Source of the DNA: an uncultured Gemmatimonadaceae bacterium
GTDB taxonomy: Bacteria > Gemmatimonadota > Gemmatimonadetes > Gemmatimonadales > Gemmatimonadaceae
Reading direction: 5' to 3'
NCBI GenBank assembly: GCA_963790305.1
Contig: CAWBOC010000009.1
Coordinates: forward strand, 608,001 to 672,000
Length of the DNA stretch: 64,000 nucleotides
Position 1 is the stretch's first letter, and the number at the start of each line of letters is the position of its first letter. The translations under genes were made by a program, and so were the position numbers. Of this stretch, positions 54,704 to 63,999 are shown in pieces. The notes under the pieces are model-generated. The model did not search any database, had not been told where the DNA came from, and saw nothing but the letters and a program-made list of their open reading frames with translations.

Positions 54704-55540
54704 CTAAACGGTTCGCGGATCCAACGCATCGCGCAATGCATCGCCCAGCAGGTTGAAGCCGAGGACGGTGACGCCGATCGCGAGGCCGGGAAAGAGGGAG
54801 GTCCAGGGCGAGGATCGCAGCTGGCTCAGGTCGCGCCCGTCAGCGATCATCGCGCCCCAGCTTGGCGTCGGGGGCTGAACGCCGAGGCCGAGGAACGAGA
54901 GCGCCGCTTCCGCCATGATCGCGCCGGCCATCCCCAGCGTCGTCGCGATCACCACCGGGGCGATCACGTTCGGAAGGACGTGGCGTGCGATGATGCGGCG
55001 GTCCGACGTCCCGAGTGCGCGCGCAGCGTGGACGTACTCGAGCTGCCTGACGACGAGCACCTGGCCGCGCACCAGCCGCGCCATGCCCGCCCAACCAACG
55101 ATGCCGACCGTCACGAATACCACGATCAAGGATGGCTGCAGCGCGGCGACCATCGCGATGAGGAGCAGCAGCGTCGGAAACGCCAGCGTGACATCGGCGA
55201 GCCGCATGACCAGGTCATCGATCCATCGGCCGAAGTAGCCGGCGATGAGCCCGAGCGTCAGCCCAATGGCGAGCGCGATACTCTGAGAAATCAGGCCGAC
55301 GGCGAGGGAAATCCGGGCTCCGTACACGAGGCGCGCCCACACGTCGCGCCCCTGGATGTCGGTTCCCATCCAATGCTCGGCCGACGGCGGCTGCAGCTGA
55401 CGCAAAAGGTCGACGCGAATGGGGTCGTGTCGCGCGAGGAGCGGGGCGAGAATCGCGAGGAGCAGGAGCATCGCCACCACGATCAGCCCAATGCGCGCTC
55501 GCGTATCGCGCCGCAGACGCGCCCACACCTCGGCGATCAC
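54704..55540 (-). CDS. Peptide/nickel ABC transporter permease (DppC/OppC type)
   Basis: HWMGTDIQGRDV, EYVHAARALG, EAALSFLGLG, WGAMI, GDALRDALDP. Confidence 0.93.
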   Translation of the reverse strand: MIAEVWARLRRDTRARIGLIVVAMLLLLAILAPLLARHDPIRVDLLRQLQPPSAEHWMGTDIQGRDVWARLVYGARISLAVGLISQSIALAIGLTLGLIAGYFGRWIDDLVMRLADVTLAFPTLLLLIAMVAALQPSLIVVFVTVGIVGWAGMARLVRGQVLVVRQLEYVHAARALGTSDRRIIARHVLPNVIAPVVIATTLGMAGAIMAEAALSFLGLGVQPPTPSWGAMIADGRDLSQLRSSPWTSLFPGLAIGVTVLGFNLLGDALRDALDPRTV

Positions 55541-56049
55541 GACGCGGTCACCACCGCGCGTCCGCAGACGCGGACGAGCATGCACCGGGCGCATCGGCGC
55601 GGATCGTGATGATTCGGCGGCACGTCAGCGGCCGTCAGGTCGGCGCGCATGTTGGCGATCGTGCGCAGCAGCTCTCCTCGCACTCGGTCGGTGAAGTCGA
55701 TACGGAAGGTACGGTTCGCGTATCGGAGATAGCCATACCCGGCGAAGCGCGGCTCCGTTTCCTCCAGCAGCAAACAATACGCGGCGAGCTGCACGACGTC
55801 GCGCAGCCAGGGGGAATCGCTCTCGCGCGTCGGCTTGAGCTCGACCGGGGCGATCCGCCCCTGCTCCTCCACCAGATAATCAGGCTTGCCGGCGATGCCG
55901 TGACGTGGCGAGCGGAGCACGCGCGACGGACGCGAGACGACGGAATCGCTCGCGACCACGCGTCCGCGCAGCCCGGAGCGCCGGAGCAGCATCACGCTCA
56001 GGATCCCCAGCACGATCGCGACCGCTACGACCGCGAGCACGATCATCAT
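55537..56049 (-). CDS. Membrane-anchored Cas4-like PD-(D/E)XK nuclease, C-terminal part
   Basis: N-terminal TM; GKPDYL...VELK, QLAAYC, CARC-x5-C; GGAG RBS and ATGA overlap with upstream gene. Confidence 0.85.
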   Translation of the reverse strand: MMIVLAVVAVAIVLGILSVMLLRRSGLRGRVVASDSVVSRPSRVLRSPRHGIAGKPDYLVEEQGRIAPVELKPTRESDSPWLRDVVQLAAYCLLLEETEPRFAGYGYLRYANRTFRIDFTDRVRGELLRTIANMRADLTAADVPPNHHDPRRCARCMLVRVCGRAVVTAS

Positions 56050-56306
56050 CGCCAGGTGCTCCATGCCAGCGCCGCGAGTGCCCCCGCCACGAGAAGCGCG
56101 GCAAGCCACCCTAACGCGCGTGCCCACCACAGCGACCACGCGTGCCGCCAATGCGCGGCGTGGCCCGCGCTGAAGCGCTTTCCTTCCGTGTCCGTTGTCA
56201 CACCCCGGACCGCGCGCAACCACCATGCGCGGCGACAATACGCGTACTCGCCCAGCTCCGAAGCCGAGATGAAGCGATCGGGCCTCGGTTCTGGTGCCGC
56301 GTTCAT
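56046..56306 (-). CDS. Small protein carrying the Cas4-type N-terminal Cys motif plus C-terminal TM
   Basis: ISASELGEYAYCRRAWWL...GHAAH then a hydrophobic helix; ATGA overlap with lpxL stop. Confidence 0.8.
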   Translation of the reverse strand: MNAAPEPRPDRFISASELGEYAYCRRAWWLRAVRGVTTDTEGKRFSAGHAAHWRHAWSLWWARALGWLAALLVAGALAALAWSTWR

Positions 56307-57232
56307 GCCGCGGGATCGCGAAGCTCGGCGGGCGTATCGGAGGGCTGGTGCTTCCAGCGCCGATGCTGCCAGAAGTACTGCTCGGGCGTCTTGCGGACCA
56401 AGCCTTCGAGGATGCGCGTGTACGAGGCCACGATGCCATCAATGTCGCTCTCGCGGTCCCCCGTCTCCTCGTAGGGCACATCCTCGAACGAGAGATGGAA
56501 GCGGCCGTCGGGCTCGCGGACGGCCGAGACGAACAGCGTCGGTGCGTGGTAGCGGAGGGTGAACACCGCGGGCCCGCGCGGCGTTTTCGCCGGGCGTCCG
56601 AAGAACGGCACGTGCGTCGACGCGAGATTGAGCACGCCCTGGTCGGCGAGAAACCCGATCGCGCGTCCCTCCTTGAGCGATCGCGTCGTTCGTCGCACGG
56701 CTTCGGCATCGTAGACGACCGTCATGCCGAGGTCGGCGCGCGTCTGGTTGAGGTAGCGATCGAAGATCGGGTTGGACATGCGTCGCACGATGACGTCGAC
56801 GGGAACCCCTCGCGCGGCAATGTACGCGCCCGAGACCTCCCAATTCCCGAAGTGACCCGCGATGAGCAACAGGCCCCGCTTCGCCTCGATCGCGCGCTCG
56901 ACGAGATCCCACCCCGTCGTCCGCGAGACGAGATCGAGAATACCCTTTCGACCGAGCGATGGCATGAGCGCCGTCTCGACGGCGAGCCGGCCGAGATGGT
57001 CGTACGAGGCGCGCGCGACCTGCGCGACGCGATCAGCGTCCCATTCGGGAAATGCGGCGGCGATCTGCCGCTCTACCACGCTTCGCCGCACGCCGAATGG
57101 TGCGTAGCCCAGGCGGCCAAGTGCGCCCCCGAGCGAGGAGGCACGTCGCCACCCAACGGCTGAGAGCGTGGCCACCGCGGCTCGCAGCCCAACGTACTCC
57201 AGCCGGTGCGCCATGCTGACGGGCCGCGTCAT
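56303..57232 (-). CDS. lpxL: Lipid A late acyltransferase (LpxL/HtrB family)
   Basis: GHFGNWE, FLADQ, VPFFG, PEQYFWQHRRWK. Confidence 0.92.
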   Translation of the reverse strand: MTRPVSMAHRLEYVGLRAAVATLSAVGWRRASSLGGALGRLGYAPFGVRRSVVERQIAAAFPEWDADRVAQVARASYDHLGRLAVETALMPSLGRKGILDLVSRTTGWDLVERAIEAKRGLLLIAGHFGNWEVSGAYIAARGVPVDVIVRRMSNPIFDRYLNQTRADLGMTVVYDAEAVRRTTRSLKEGRAIGFLADQGVLNLASTHVPFFGRPAKTPRGPAVFTLRYHAPTLFVSAVREPDGRFHLSFEDVPYEETGDRESDIDGIVASYTRILEGLVRKTPEQYFWQHRRWKHQPSDTPAELRDPAA

Positions 57233-58326
57233 CTCCGCTTCCAGCGCGAGCGATCGGCCGCGGCAGCGGCGGCTTGCTCGAAGCCGTCGAGCATCGCGGC
57301 CTCGGTGAACTCTCGCGCGACGCGGGCGCGGCCCGCGGTCCCCATGGCCACGCGCTGATCATCGTGCGCCAGTAAGCGAGCCAGGGCCGCCGCGGTCCCC
57401 GGGGCGTCGTTCGCCGGCATGAGGAGTCCAGTAATCCCATCAGCGACATACGTCCCCGCCAGCGGCCCACGCTCGGCGAGCACGGGCACTCGCATCGCCA
57501 TGAAGTCCAGACAGGCGAATGCGGCGGCGTCACCAGTCGCCACGACCCACCCGAGGTCCGCGGCGCGGAGCACCGCCAGATAATCCTCACGCTCGCCCGC
57601 GAACGTCACGATCTTCGTTAGGCCCAGCGCGGCGGCATGCATGCGAAGATCCTCGTCGTCGGAGCCGGGGCCGACGAGGGTGAGGCGGAGGTTGGGGTGA
57701 TTCGGCGCGAGGAGCGATACGGCGCGGACCATCGTGGCCGCGCGGGCACGGGCGCCGTGGTCGCACACGCCGACCACCAGGGCGGTGGAGTCGTCCGCGT
57801 CGAGGGATGAACGAGGTACCGGGCGGATCGCGTCGTAGGTCTCGACGTCGACGCCTAACGGTGCCGCCGCGGGCTCGAAGCGCAGGCGCTTGAGCACCGG
57901 AAGGTCGCGGAGGTCCTCCTCGCTGCCGACCAGCACGCCCGCGGCGGCAAGGCGCGACCCGAACCCTCGCTCGGTCACCTCAGCGGCGGTGCCCGAGGGA
58001 ACGCGACGGATGACGGCGGCGCGGCCGGCAAGGAAGGTCGCCAGCAATGCGACCTTGTGCTCGCGCGGCGTGTGGACGAAGACGACCTCGGTGAAGCGCC
58101 CCTTCAGCGCCCGGCGAAGGCGAAGGGCAGACAGCCCCCACCAGCCATCGGGCCGAATGGGCACGACCTCGTGGCCGGACGCGGCCACCTTCTGCTCGAC
58201 CGTGCTCTCGGGGCTGCAGACGTAGGTGATCTGATGTCCGCGCGCGTGCAGCCCGCGCGCGGCGGCGGCGAATGCCCGCGCCTCCCCGGACCACGCTCGT
58301 GCCGAGTAGTAGAACAGGAGGCGCAC
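57229..58326 (-). CDS. Glycosyltransferase family 4-like (degenerate motifs)
   Basis: GT-B pattern LVGPGS, FAGER, DFMAMRVPVL, DGITGLL. Confidence 0.8.
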   Translation of the reverse strand: MRLLFYYSARAWSGEARAFAAAARGLHARGHQITYVCSPESTVEQKVAASGHEVVPIRPDGWWGLSALRLRRALKGRFTEVVFVHTPREHKVALLATFLAGRAAVIRRVPSGTAAEVTERGFGSRLAAAGVLVGSEEDLRDLPVLKRLRFEPAAAPLGVDVETYDAIRPVPRSSLDADDSTALVVGVCDHGARARAATMVRAVSLLAPNHPNLRLTLVGPGSDDEDLRMHAAALGLTKIVTFAGEREDYLAVLRAADLGWVVATGDAAAFACLDFMAMRVPVLAERGPLAGTYVADGITGLLMPANDAPGTAAALARLLAHDDQRVAMGTAGRARVAREFTEAAMLDGFEQAAAAAADRSRWKRR

Positions 58327-58339
58327 TAGGCGAGCGATT

Positions 58340-60181
58340 TCACGTCAGGATTTCTTCGCGCTTCGCTTTGCCTTCATCCCGGAACTGCAGCTGATACAGA
58401 CGGGCGTAGGCGCCGGCCGCCGCCAACAGATCGCGATGCGACCCGCGCTCCACGACCCGTCCGCGGTCGAGCACGAGGATCTGCGTCGCATGCTGGATCG
58501 TCGAAAGGCGGTGCGCGATGACGAACACCGTGCGGCCCTCCAGCAGGCGATCGATCGCCTCCTGGACGAGGCGCTCCGACTCGGTATCGAGCGCCGACGT
58601 GGCTTCGTCGAGAATGAGAATCGGCGGATCGATCAGAAGTGCGCGGGCGATCGCGATGCGCTGCCGTTGCCCGCCGGAAAGCCGTGCGCCACGCTCGCCC
58701 AGCAGCGTGTCGTAGCCCTGCGGAAGCTCGGTGATGAATCCGTGCGCGTTCGCGGCGCGCGCCGCCGCCTCGATCTGTGCCTCGGTGAAGCGGTCACTCA
58801 TCCCGTAGGCGACGTTGCTGCGCACGGTATCGTTGAAGATGACCGTCTCCTGACTGACGATGCCCATGAGACTGCGCAGCGATGGGAGACGAATCTCGCG
58901 CGTGTCAATGCCATCGATGGTGATACGTCCCGACGTCGGCTCGTAGAAACGCGGGATGAGATCGGCAAGCGTGCTCTTCCCCGCCCCGCTCGGGCCGACC
59001 AGGGCGATCACATCGCCCTTGCGCGCGCCGAACGACACGTTCGCGAGCACCGGCTCCGCCTCGTACGCGAAGGACACGTCGTCGAAGACGATCTCACGCT
59101 CGAAACGCTCAATGGTGCGCGTGCCGCTGTCGGCTTCGATCTCGGTCGGGACGTCCAGTACCTCGAAGAGCCGATCGGCGGCGGCGAGTGACGACTGCGC
59201 AGCCGTCGGCAACTGCGACAGCGCCTTGAGCGGCGCGAGCATGCGCATCACGAGCGTCAGAAAAACGAGGAACGCCGAGGCTTGCAGCACCCGCGCATCC
59301 AGAACCAGCGTCGCGCCGTACCAGAGGAGAAGCACGGTGATCGCCGTCGCCATCGTCTCGGTGATCGGCTGCGCCAGCAGCGCAAGCCGCGACGTGCGCA
59401 CGAGGCCCTTCGAGTATCGATGGCTGGCGTCGACGAACTTGCTTTCCTCGTGACCTTCGGCGCTGAACGACTTGACGAGGCGAATGCCGCTGACGCTTTC
59501 CTGGAGCACGCTCATCATCTCGCCGTGGTCGTCATGCAGCCGGCGATACCGCTTGCGAAGGCGCGAGAGCAGCGGACGCAGCGCGAGAATCAGCGCGGGA
59601 GCGAGCACGAGCGCGATGAAGGTGAGGCGCCGCGAGATCCCCCAGAGATACGCGATGTAAATGAGAACGACGGCAGCGCTCTGGATTGCCGACGTGACGA
59701 TCTGCGTGATGAGCTGCTTCGTCTGCGCCGTGTCGGAGAGCACGCGCGAGAGGATCTGGCCGGTCTTGTTGCGCGTGAACCAGCCGATCGGCAGGCGCTG
59801 GAGGTGGCGATAGACGGCGTCGCGGAGGTCGCGCGTGACGTACTCCTGTAGCTGCACCCCGAGCTGACCGGCGAACCAGACGAAGAAGTTCTTGAGCGCG
59901 ATCGTCACCATGAGGATGACGATGACGTTGCGCAGGGAGTCCATCGGGTTGGCTGGATCGACCAGATCCCCGATGACGCGACGCAGAAAGGTCGTGACCC
60001 AGCCCCCGTCGACCGGAAGCGGATCGGTGCCGAACAGCGCGTTGAGGAACGGGATGAGCAGCGCGAACGCGAACCCATCGAGCGCCGCCGCGGTGACGCT
60101 CGACAGTACCGTCCCCACCATGCGCCACCAATGGGGGCGCAGAAAGGGTATCAGTCGGCGATAGACGTCCTCGCGCGCCAC
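58340..60181 (-). CDS. msbA: MsbA-like ABC exporter
   Basis: TM domain, GPSGAGKST, LSGGQRQR, LDEATSALD, IAHRLST; adjacent lipid A genes. Confidence 0.88.
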   Translation of the reverse strand: MAREDVYRRLIPFLRPHWWRMVGTVLSSVTAAALDGFAFALLIPFLNALFGTDPLPVDGGWVTTFLRRVIGDLVDPANPMDSLRNVIVILMVTIALKNFFVWFAGQLGVQLQEYVTRDLRDAVYRHLQRLPIGWFTRNKTGQILSRVLSDTAQTKQLITQIVTSAIQSAAVVLIYIAYLWGISRRLTFIALVLAPALILALRPLLSRLRKRYRRLHDDHGEMMSVLQESVSGIRLVKSFSAEGHEESKFVDASHRYSKGLVRTSRLALLAQPITETMATAITVLLLWYGATLVLDARVLQASAFLVFLTLVMRMLAPLKALSQLPTAAQSSLAAADRLFEVLDVPTEIEADSGTRTIERFEREIVFDDVSFAYEAEPVLANVSFGARKGDVIALVGPSGAGKSTLADLIPRFYEPTSGRITIDGIDTREIRLPSLRSLMGIVSQETVIFNDTVRSNVAYGMSDRFTEAQIEAAARAANAHGFITELPQGYDTLLGERGARLSGGQRQRIAIARALLIDPPILILDEATSALDTESERLVQEAIDRLLEGRTVFVIAHRLSTIQHATQILVLDRGRVVERGSHRDLLAAAGAYARLYQLQFRDEGKAKREEILT

Positions 60182-60187
60182 GAGCGA

Positions 60188-61750
60188 CTACCGGCGCGGG
60201 GTGAGCAACGCGATGGGGAGAATCATCTCCTCCGGAGTGGCGCCGCCGTGCAGGAAAGATCCGCGGTACCGCGTCTGATACTCGCGCAGCTTGGTCGGGT
60301 AGACGAAGAAGGAGTCGCCCGTCGCCAGCAGAATGTTGCCTCCCATCCCGCGACGCGGCAGCCGGAGGTCGTCCGAGTTGGTGAACAAGAGGGCATACTC
60401 CGGACGCTCCGCGCGCAGATCCTCGCCGAACTTGTAGCGGAGGTTCGCGGTCGCATCGCGCTTCGCGAACACGGTCGCTGGCGACAGGCAGTGAATCGAG
60501 CCGTGGTCCGTCGTGAGCAACACCGGAATACGACGCCGCTGCGCCTCACGCAGCAGCGTGAACAATCCCGAGCGCTGGAACCACTGCCGCGTGATCTGCC
60601 GGAGGGCGATCTCGTCGCGCGCGACCTCGAACAGAATGGCTGATTCGCTGCGTCCGTGCGTGAGCAGGTCCACGAAGTTGAAGACGAACGCGCCGATCCC
60701 CTCGGCCGGCAGCGCACTCGGGAGCCGCCGCACGAGATCGTCGGAGTCGGCGGCGGTCGAGATCTTCTCGTAGCGCACCGGGTAGGGCTTTCCGGCCTCG
60801 GCCAGCTGCGCCTCGAGCAGCTGCCGCTCGTGCGCGTTGAGTGTTTCGTCCTCGCGGTCGCCCCACCAATCAGGGAAGCGCGCGGCGATCTCCCCCGGGA
60901 ACAGGCCGCTGAACAGCGCGTTGCGCGAGTACGGCGTGGCCGTGGGAAGAATCGAGAAGTAGTGCGTGGTCTCGACCTCGAACATCGGCGCCAGCAGCGG
61001 CATGAGGATGCGCCACTGGTCGAGTCGCAGGCAGTCGACGACGACGAACATCGCCGCGCGCTCGCGCTCGAGGATCGGCAGCAGAAACTCGCTCACGACG
61101 TCGATCGACAGCGGCGGGCGATCCCCCTCGAGATCGCGCAACCAGCGTGGATACTCGCGGCGAATGTACGCCGCGAAGTCGCGGCGCATGTTGGGATACA
61201 TCCCCTCGAGCGACTCGTGGAGCCCCATCTCCCCGATCTGCGTCAGCTCGATGCTCCAGTCGACGAGCTCGCCGTACCGCTCGATCCATCCCCGCCAATC
61301 GAGCGCGTGGTCGCGCTCGTTCTGGAGCGCGCGAAACCGCTCGACGAATTGCCGCGCCACCGCCTGCTGTCGGATCTGCGGACCTTCGAGGATGCGTGTG
61401 ACGACGGTGAGCACCTGCCGCGGATTGATCGGCTTGACGAGGTAGTCACTGACGTTGACGCCGATCGCCTCCCGCATGGTCGTGTCTTCCTCACTCTTCG
61501 TGACCATGACGATGGGGAGCGCGGGATCGACATCGCGCAGCTCACGAAAGGCTTCCATGCCGCGCTTGCCGGGCATCTGCTCGTCGAGCAGGACGAGGCC
61601 GTACGGCCGACGCCTGAGCATCTCGACGGCATCGTCGGCGTTGGTCGCCGAGTCGACGTCGTATCCTTTGTCACGCAGGAAGATCCGGTGCGACTCGAGC
61701 AGGTCCGCTTCGTCGTCCACCCAGAGAATGCTCTTCGCGGGAGGGGGCAT
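60188..61750 (-). CDS. PorX-like response regulator (receiver, helical bundle, PglZ/alkaline phosphatase domain)
   Basis: ILWVDDE, LLDEQMPG, VTKSEE, VVDCLRLDQW, SILPTATPYSRNALFSG, TTDHG, FLHGG. Confidence 0.9.
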   Translation of the reverse strand: MPPPAKSILWVDDEADLLESHRIFLRDKGYDVDSATNADDAVEMLRRRPYGLVLLDEQMPGKRGMEAFRELRDVDPALPIVMVTKSEEDTTMREAIGVNVSDYLVKPINPRQVLTVVTRILEGPQIRQQAVARQFVERFRALQNERDHALDWRGWIERYGELVDWSIELTQIGEMGLHESLEGMYPNMRRDFAAYIRREYPRWLRDLEGDRPPLSIDVVSEFLLPILERERAAMFVVVDCLRLDQWRILMPLLAPMFEVETTHYFSILPTATPYSRNALFSGLFPGEIAARFPDWWGDREDETLNAHERQLLEAQLAEAGKPYPVRYEKISTAADSDDLVRRLPSALPAEGIGAFVFNFVDLLTHGRSESAILFEVARDEIALRQITRQWFQRSGLFTLLREAQRRRIPVLLTTDHGSIHCLSPATVFAKRDATANLRYKFGEDLRAERPEYALLFTNSDDLRLPRRGMGGNILLATGDSFFVYPTKLREYQTRYRGSFLHGGATPEEMILPIALLTPRR

Positions 61751-61791
61751 GTTTTTAATCTAACCCGCGAGGAAGAGTGCGTCGAAGAGGT

Positions 61792-61870
61792 GGTCAAGGG
61801 TGTCCAGGTCGTCGAGGTGATCGACGTGACTTTACCTTGATCACCTCGACATCCTCGACGACCTTTGACC
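61792..61870. repeat. Palindrome of 9-nt tandem repeats (GTCGAGGTN type)
   Basis: ggtcaaggg-tgtccaggt-cgtcgaggt-gatcgacgt...accttgatc-acctcgaca-tcctcgacg-acctttgacc. Confidence 0.8.
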
Positions 61871-61873
61871 GAA

Positions 61874-62263
61874 ATGCTTCCCTTCGCCGTCCCCCCCATT
61901 CGCTTTCCCTTTCGCGCGCTCGCGGCGCGCGTGGGGCGCGCGCCGCTCGGCGGAGAGCGCGAGGTTGCGATGGCGGCGCTCATGGTCGCGCGGCTGTCGT
62001 GTGACGCGCTGGGCGTCGGGGCAGCCGACGTGAAGCAACGTGAGGTGCGTGCAACCGCCGCCAAAGGCTGGCTCGCGTCGCTCGCGGTGCCGGCGCGCGC
62101 GCGGCCAGCGCTCTCCCGCGCGCTCAATGCGACCGCTCGCGATCGTGGGGCCATCACCGCGGCGATGGAAGAGCTGCTGAAGGTGGCCGCCCCCTGGCTC
62201 GATGACACGAGCCTCGCCGAGCTGCGTGCCGTAACCGCTGCGCCATTCGTCAATTCCCGATGA
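61874..62263 (+). CDS. Hypothetical Ala-rich helical protein
   Basis: Open frame overlapping the next gene by ATGA; no motif recognised. Confidence 0.6.
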   Translation: MLPFAVPPIRFPFRALAARVGRAPLGGEREVAMAALMVARLSCDALGVGAADVKQREVRATAAKGWLASLAVPARARPALSRALNATARDRGAITAAMEELLKVAAPWLDDTSLAELRAVTAAPFVNSR

Positions 62264-63108
62264 CTCGCATCACCGATCTTTCGCCTCTCGGGCGCGTCAT
62301 GCGGCGCGTGGACGCCATCTCCAATGGCGCCCCTCCCGTGGACACGATCGCGACGGGATTCCCGAGCCTCGACCGCGCGCTTGGCGGCGGTCTGCGGCGC
62401 GGGGACCTCGTGCTGATCGGTGGCGACATCGGCGTTGGAAAGTCGGCGCTCGCACTGGCGATCGCGGTGCGCGCCGCCCAGAACGGGCATGCGTCGACGT
62501 TCTTCACCGGCGAAGCGAGCACGGAGCGGGTGATCGAGCGCGCGCTCGCGCTCGAGGGACGGGCTCGCATCGACGACATCCGTGGCGGAACGCTGGATGA
62601 GGCAACGCGCGCCTCGCTCGGCGCCGCGGCCGTTCGCCTGCGCGAGCGCATGCCCGATGTGTACGGGTTGCCGGGCGCGGGCGTGGACGCGCTCGCGCTC
62701 GAGCTCCGCTCCATCGCCGACGCGGCACTCGTCGTCGTCGATCCCCTCCAGTCACTCGCGGTCGGCTCGACCATACAGGATGAACAGTTCGCGCACGCCA
62801 TTCGCGAGCTCAAGCGGGCGGCGGTCGAGCTCAACATCGCGGTCATGCTGACGGCGCACACGCCCCATCTCGACCCGACGCGCCCCAACCCTCGCCCGAC
62901 CCTCGCCGACCTGGGCGCACTCGGCGCGCCGGGACAGCACGGCGACATCGTGCTCGGACTCTTCCGCGAGGAGCTCTACCCCGCCCTTCAGGGCGCCGAG
63001 GGAGCCACGGAGCTCTCGGTTCTGAAGAATCGGAACGGGCCGAGCGGGATGTACGTGGATCTGTACTTCTACAAGCAGTGGCTCAGGTTCGAGGATATGG
63101 CTGAGTAA
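62260..63108 (+). CDS. DnaB-like C-terminal (RecA-fold) domain protein lacking the N-terminal domain
   Basis: IATGFPSLD...GGL, GGDIGVGKS, VVVDPLQ, RPTLADL, KNRNGP. Confidence 0.8.
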   Translation: MTRITDLSPLGRVMRRVDAISNGAPPVDTIATGFPSLDRALGGGLRRGDLVLIGGDIGVGKSALALAIAVRAAQNGHASTFFTGEASTERVIERALALEGRARIDDIRGGTLDEATRASLGAAAVRLRERMPDVYGLPGAGVDALALELRSIADAALVVVDPLQSLAVGSTIQDEQFAHAIRELKRAAVELNIAVMLTAHTPHLDPTRPNPRPTLADLGALGAPGQHGDIVLGLFREELYPALQGAEGATELSVLKNRNGPSGMYVDLYFYKQWLRFEDMAE

Positions 63109-63111
63109 GGC

Positions 63112-63215
63112 AACGCGGAATGCGGAATGCGGATTAGACCCTTCGGGATGCTTCGAACGCCGGTAGAAGCATCCCGACGTCGTTTATGCGCAGTCCGCAG
63201 TCCGCATTCCGCATT
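63112..63215. repeat. Palindrome of GAATGCG repeats enclosing an internal hairpin
   Basis: aacgcg-gaatgcg-gaatgcg-gattagaccc, TCGGGATGCTTC/GAAGCATCCCGA, then cagtccg-cagtccg-cattccg-catt. Confidence 0.85.
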
Positions 63216-63255
63216 ATATTTCCCCACCCGCCCGAGACCTTCTCTCCGGACCCCC

Positions 63256-63999
63256 ATGGCCGGTCACAGTAAGTGGAAGCAAATCAAGCACTACAAGGCC
63301 GCCGCCGACGCCAAGCGCGGGGCCCTGTTCACCAAGCTCATCCGTGAGATAACGGTCTCCGCCAAGGCCGGGGGCGGCGATCCGGATGGTAATCCGCGGC
63401 TGCGCACGGCCATCGAGGCGGCGCGGGCAGCATCGATGCCCAAGGACAACATCGAGCGCGCGATCAAGAAGGGTACGGGCGAGCTCGAGGGCGTCAGCTA
63501 CTCGGAGATCACCTACGAAGGCTTCGGCCCCGGTGGCGTCGCGATCCTCGTGCACACGCTCACCGACAACCCCACGCGGACCGTGGCCGATCTTCGGCAC
63601 AAGTTCTCGAGGCTTGGCGGCAACCTGGGCGCGTCGAACTCGGTCGCGTGGATGTTCGAGCGGAAGGGGCAGATCTACGTCGATGCGGCGCGCTTCAGCG
63701 AAGACGCCGCGCTCGAAGCGGCCCTGGATGCGGGCGCTGAGGACATGAAGCGAGAGGGGGATCAGTTCATCGTCACGACCGACCCCTCGGCACTGCATCA
63801 GGTGAAAGGCTCCCTCGAGGCGAAGGGCATCGCGATTCAGGAGTCCGAGATCGCGAACATCCCGAAGAACACCGTCCGCGTCGAAGGAAAGACCGCCGAG
63901 CAGCTGCTCAAGCTTCTGGAAGAAGTCGAGGATCTCGACGACGTCCAGAAGGTGGCGGCGAACTTCGACATGGATGTGAGTGAGATGGCGGGGACATGA
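63256..63999 (+). CDS. yebC: YebC/PmpR family protein
   Basis: MAGHSKW, NPRLR, YEGFGPGG, TDNPTRT, LEEVEDLDDVQKV. Confidence 0.97.
   Translation: MAGHSKWKQIKHYKAAADAKRGALFTKLIREITVSAKAGGGDPDGNPRLRTAIEAARAASMPKDNIERAIKKGTGELEGVSYSEITYEGFGPGGVAILVHTLTDNPTRTVADLRHKFSRLGGNLGASNSVAWMFERKGQIYVDAARFSEDAALEAALDAGAEDMKREGDQFIVTTDPSALHQVKGSLEAKGIAIQESEIANIPKNTVRVEGKTAEQLLKLLEEVEDLDDVQKVAANFDMDVSEMAGT

Noticed and set aside
55537..56306. CRISPR-Cas locus suggested by the Cas4-like gene
   Set aside because: No cas1, cas2 or effector genes and no repeat-spacer array anywhere in the window.
60188..61750. BREX defence system suggested by the PglZ domain
   Set aside because: Receiver-PglZ fusion is the PorX architecture; no other brx/pgl genes present.
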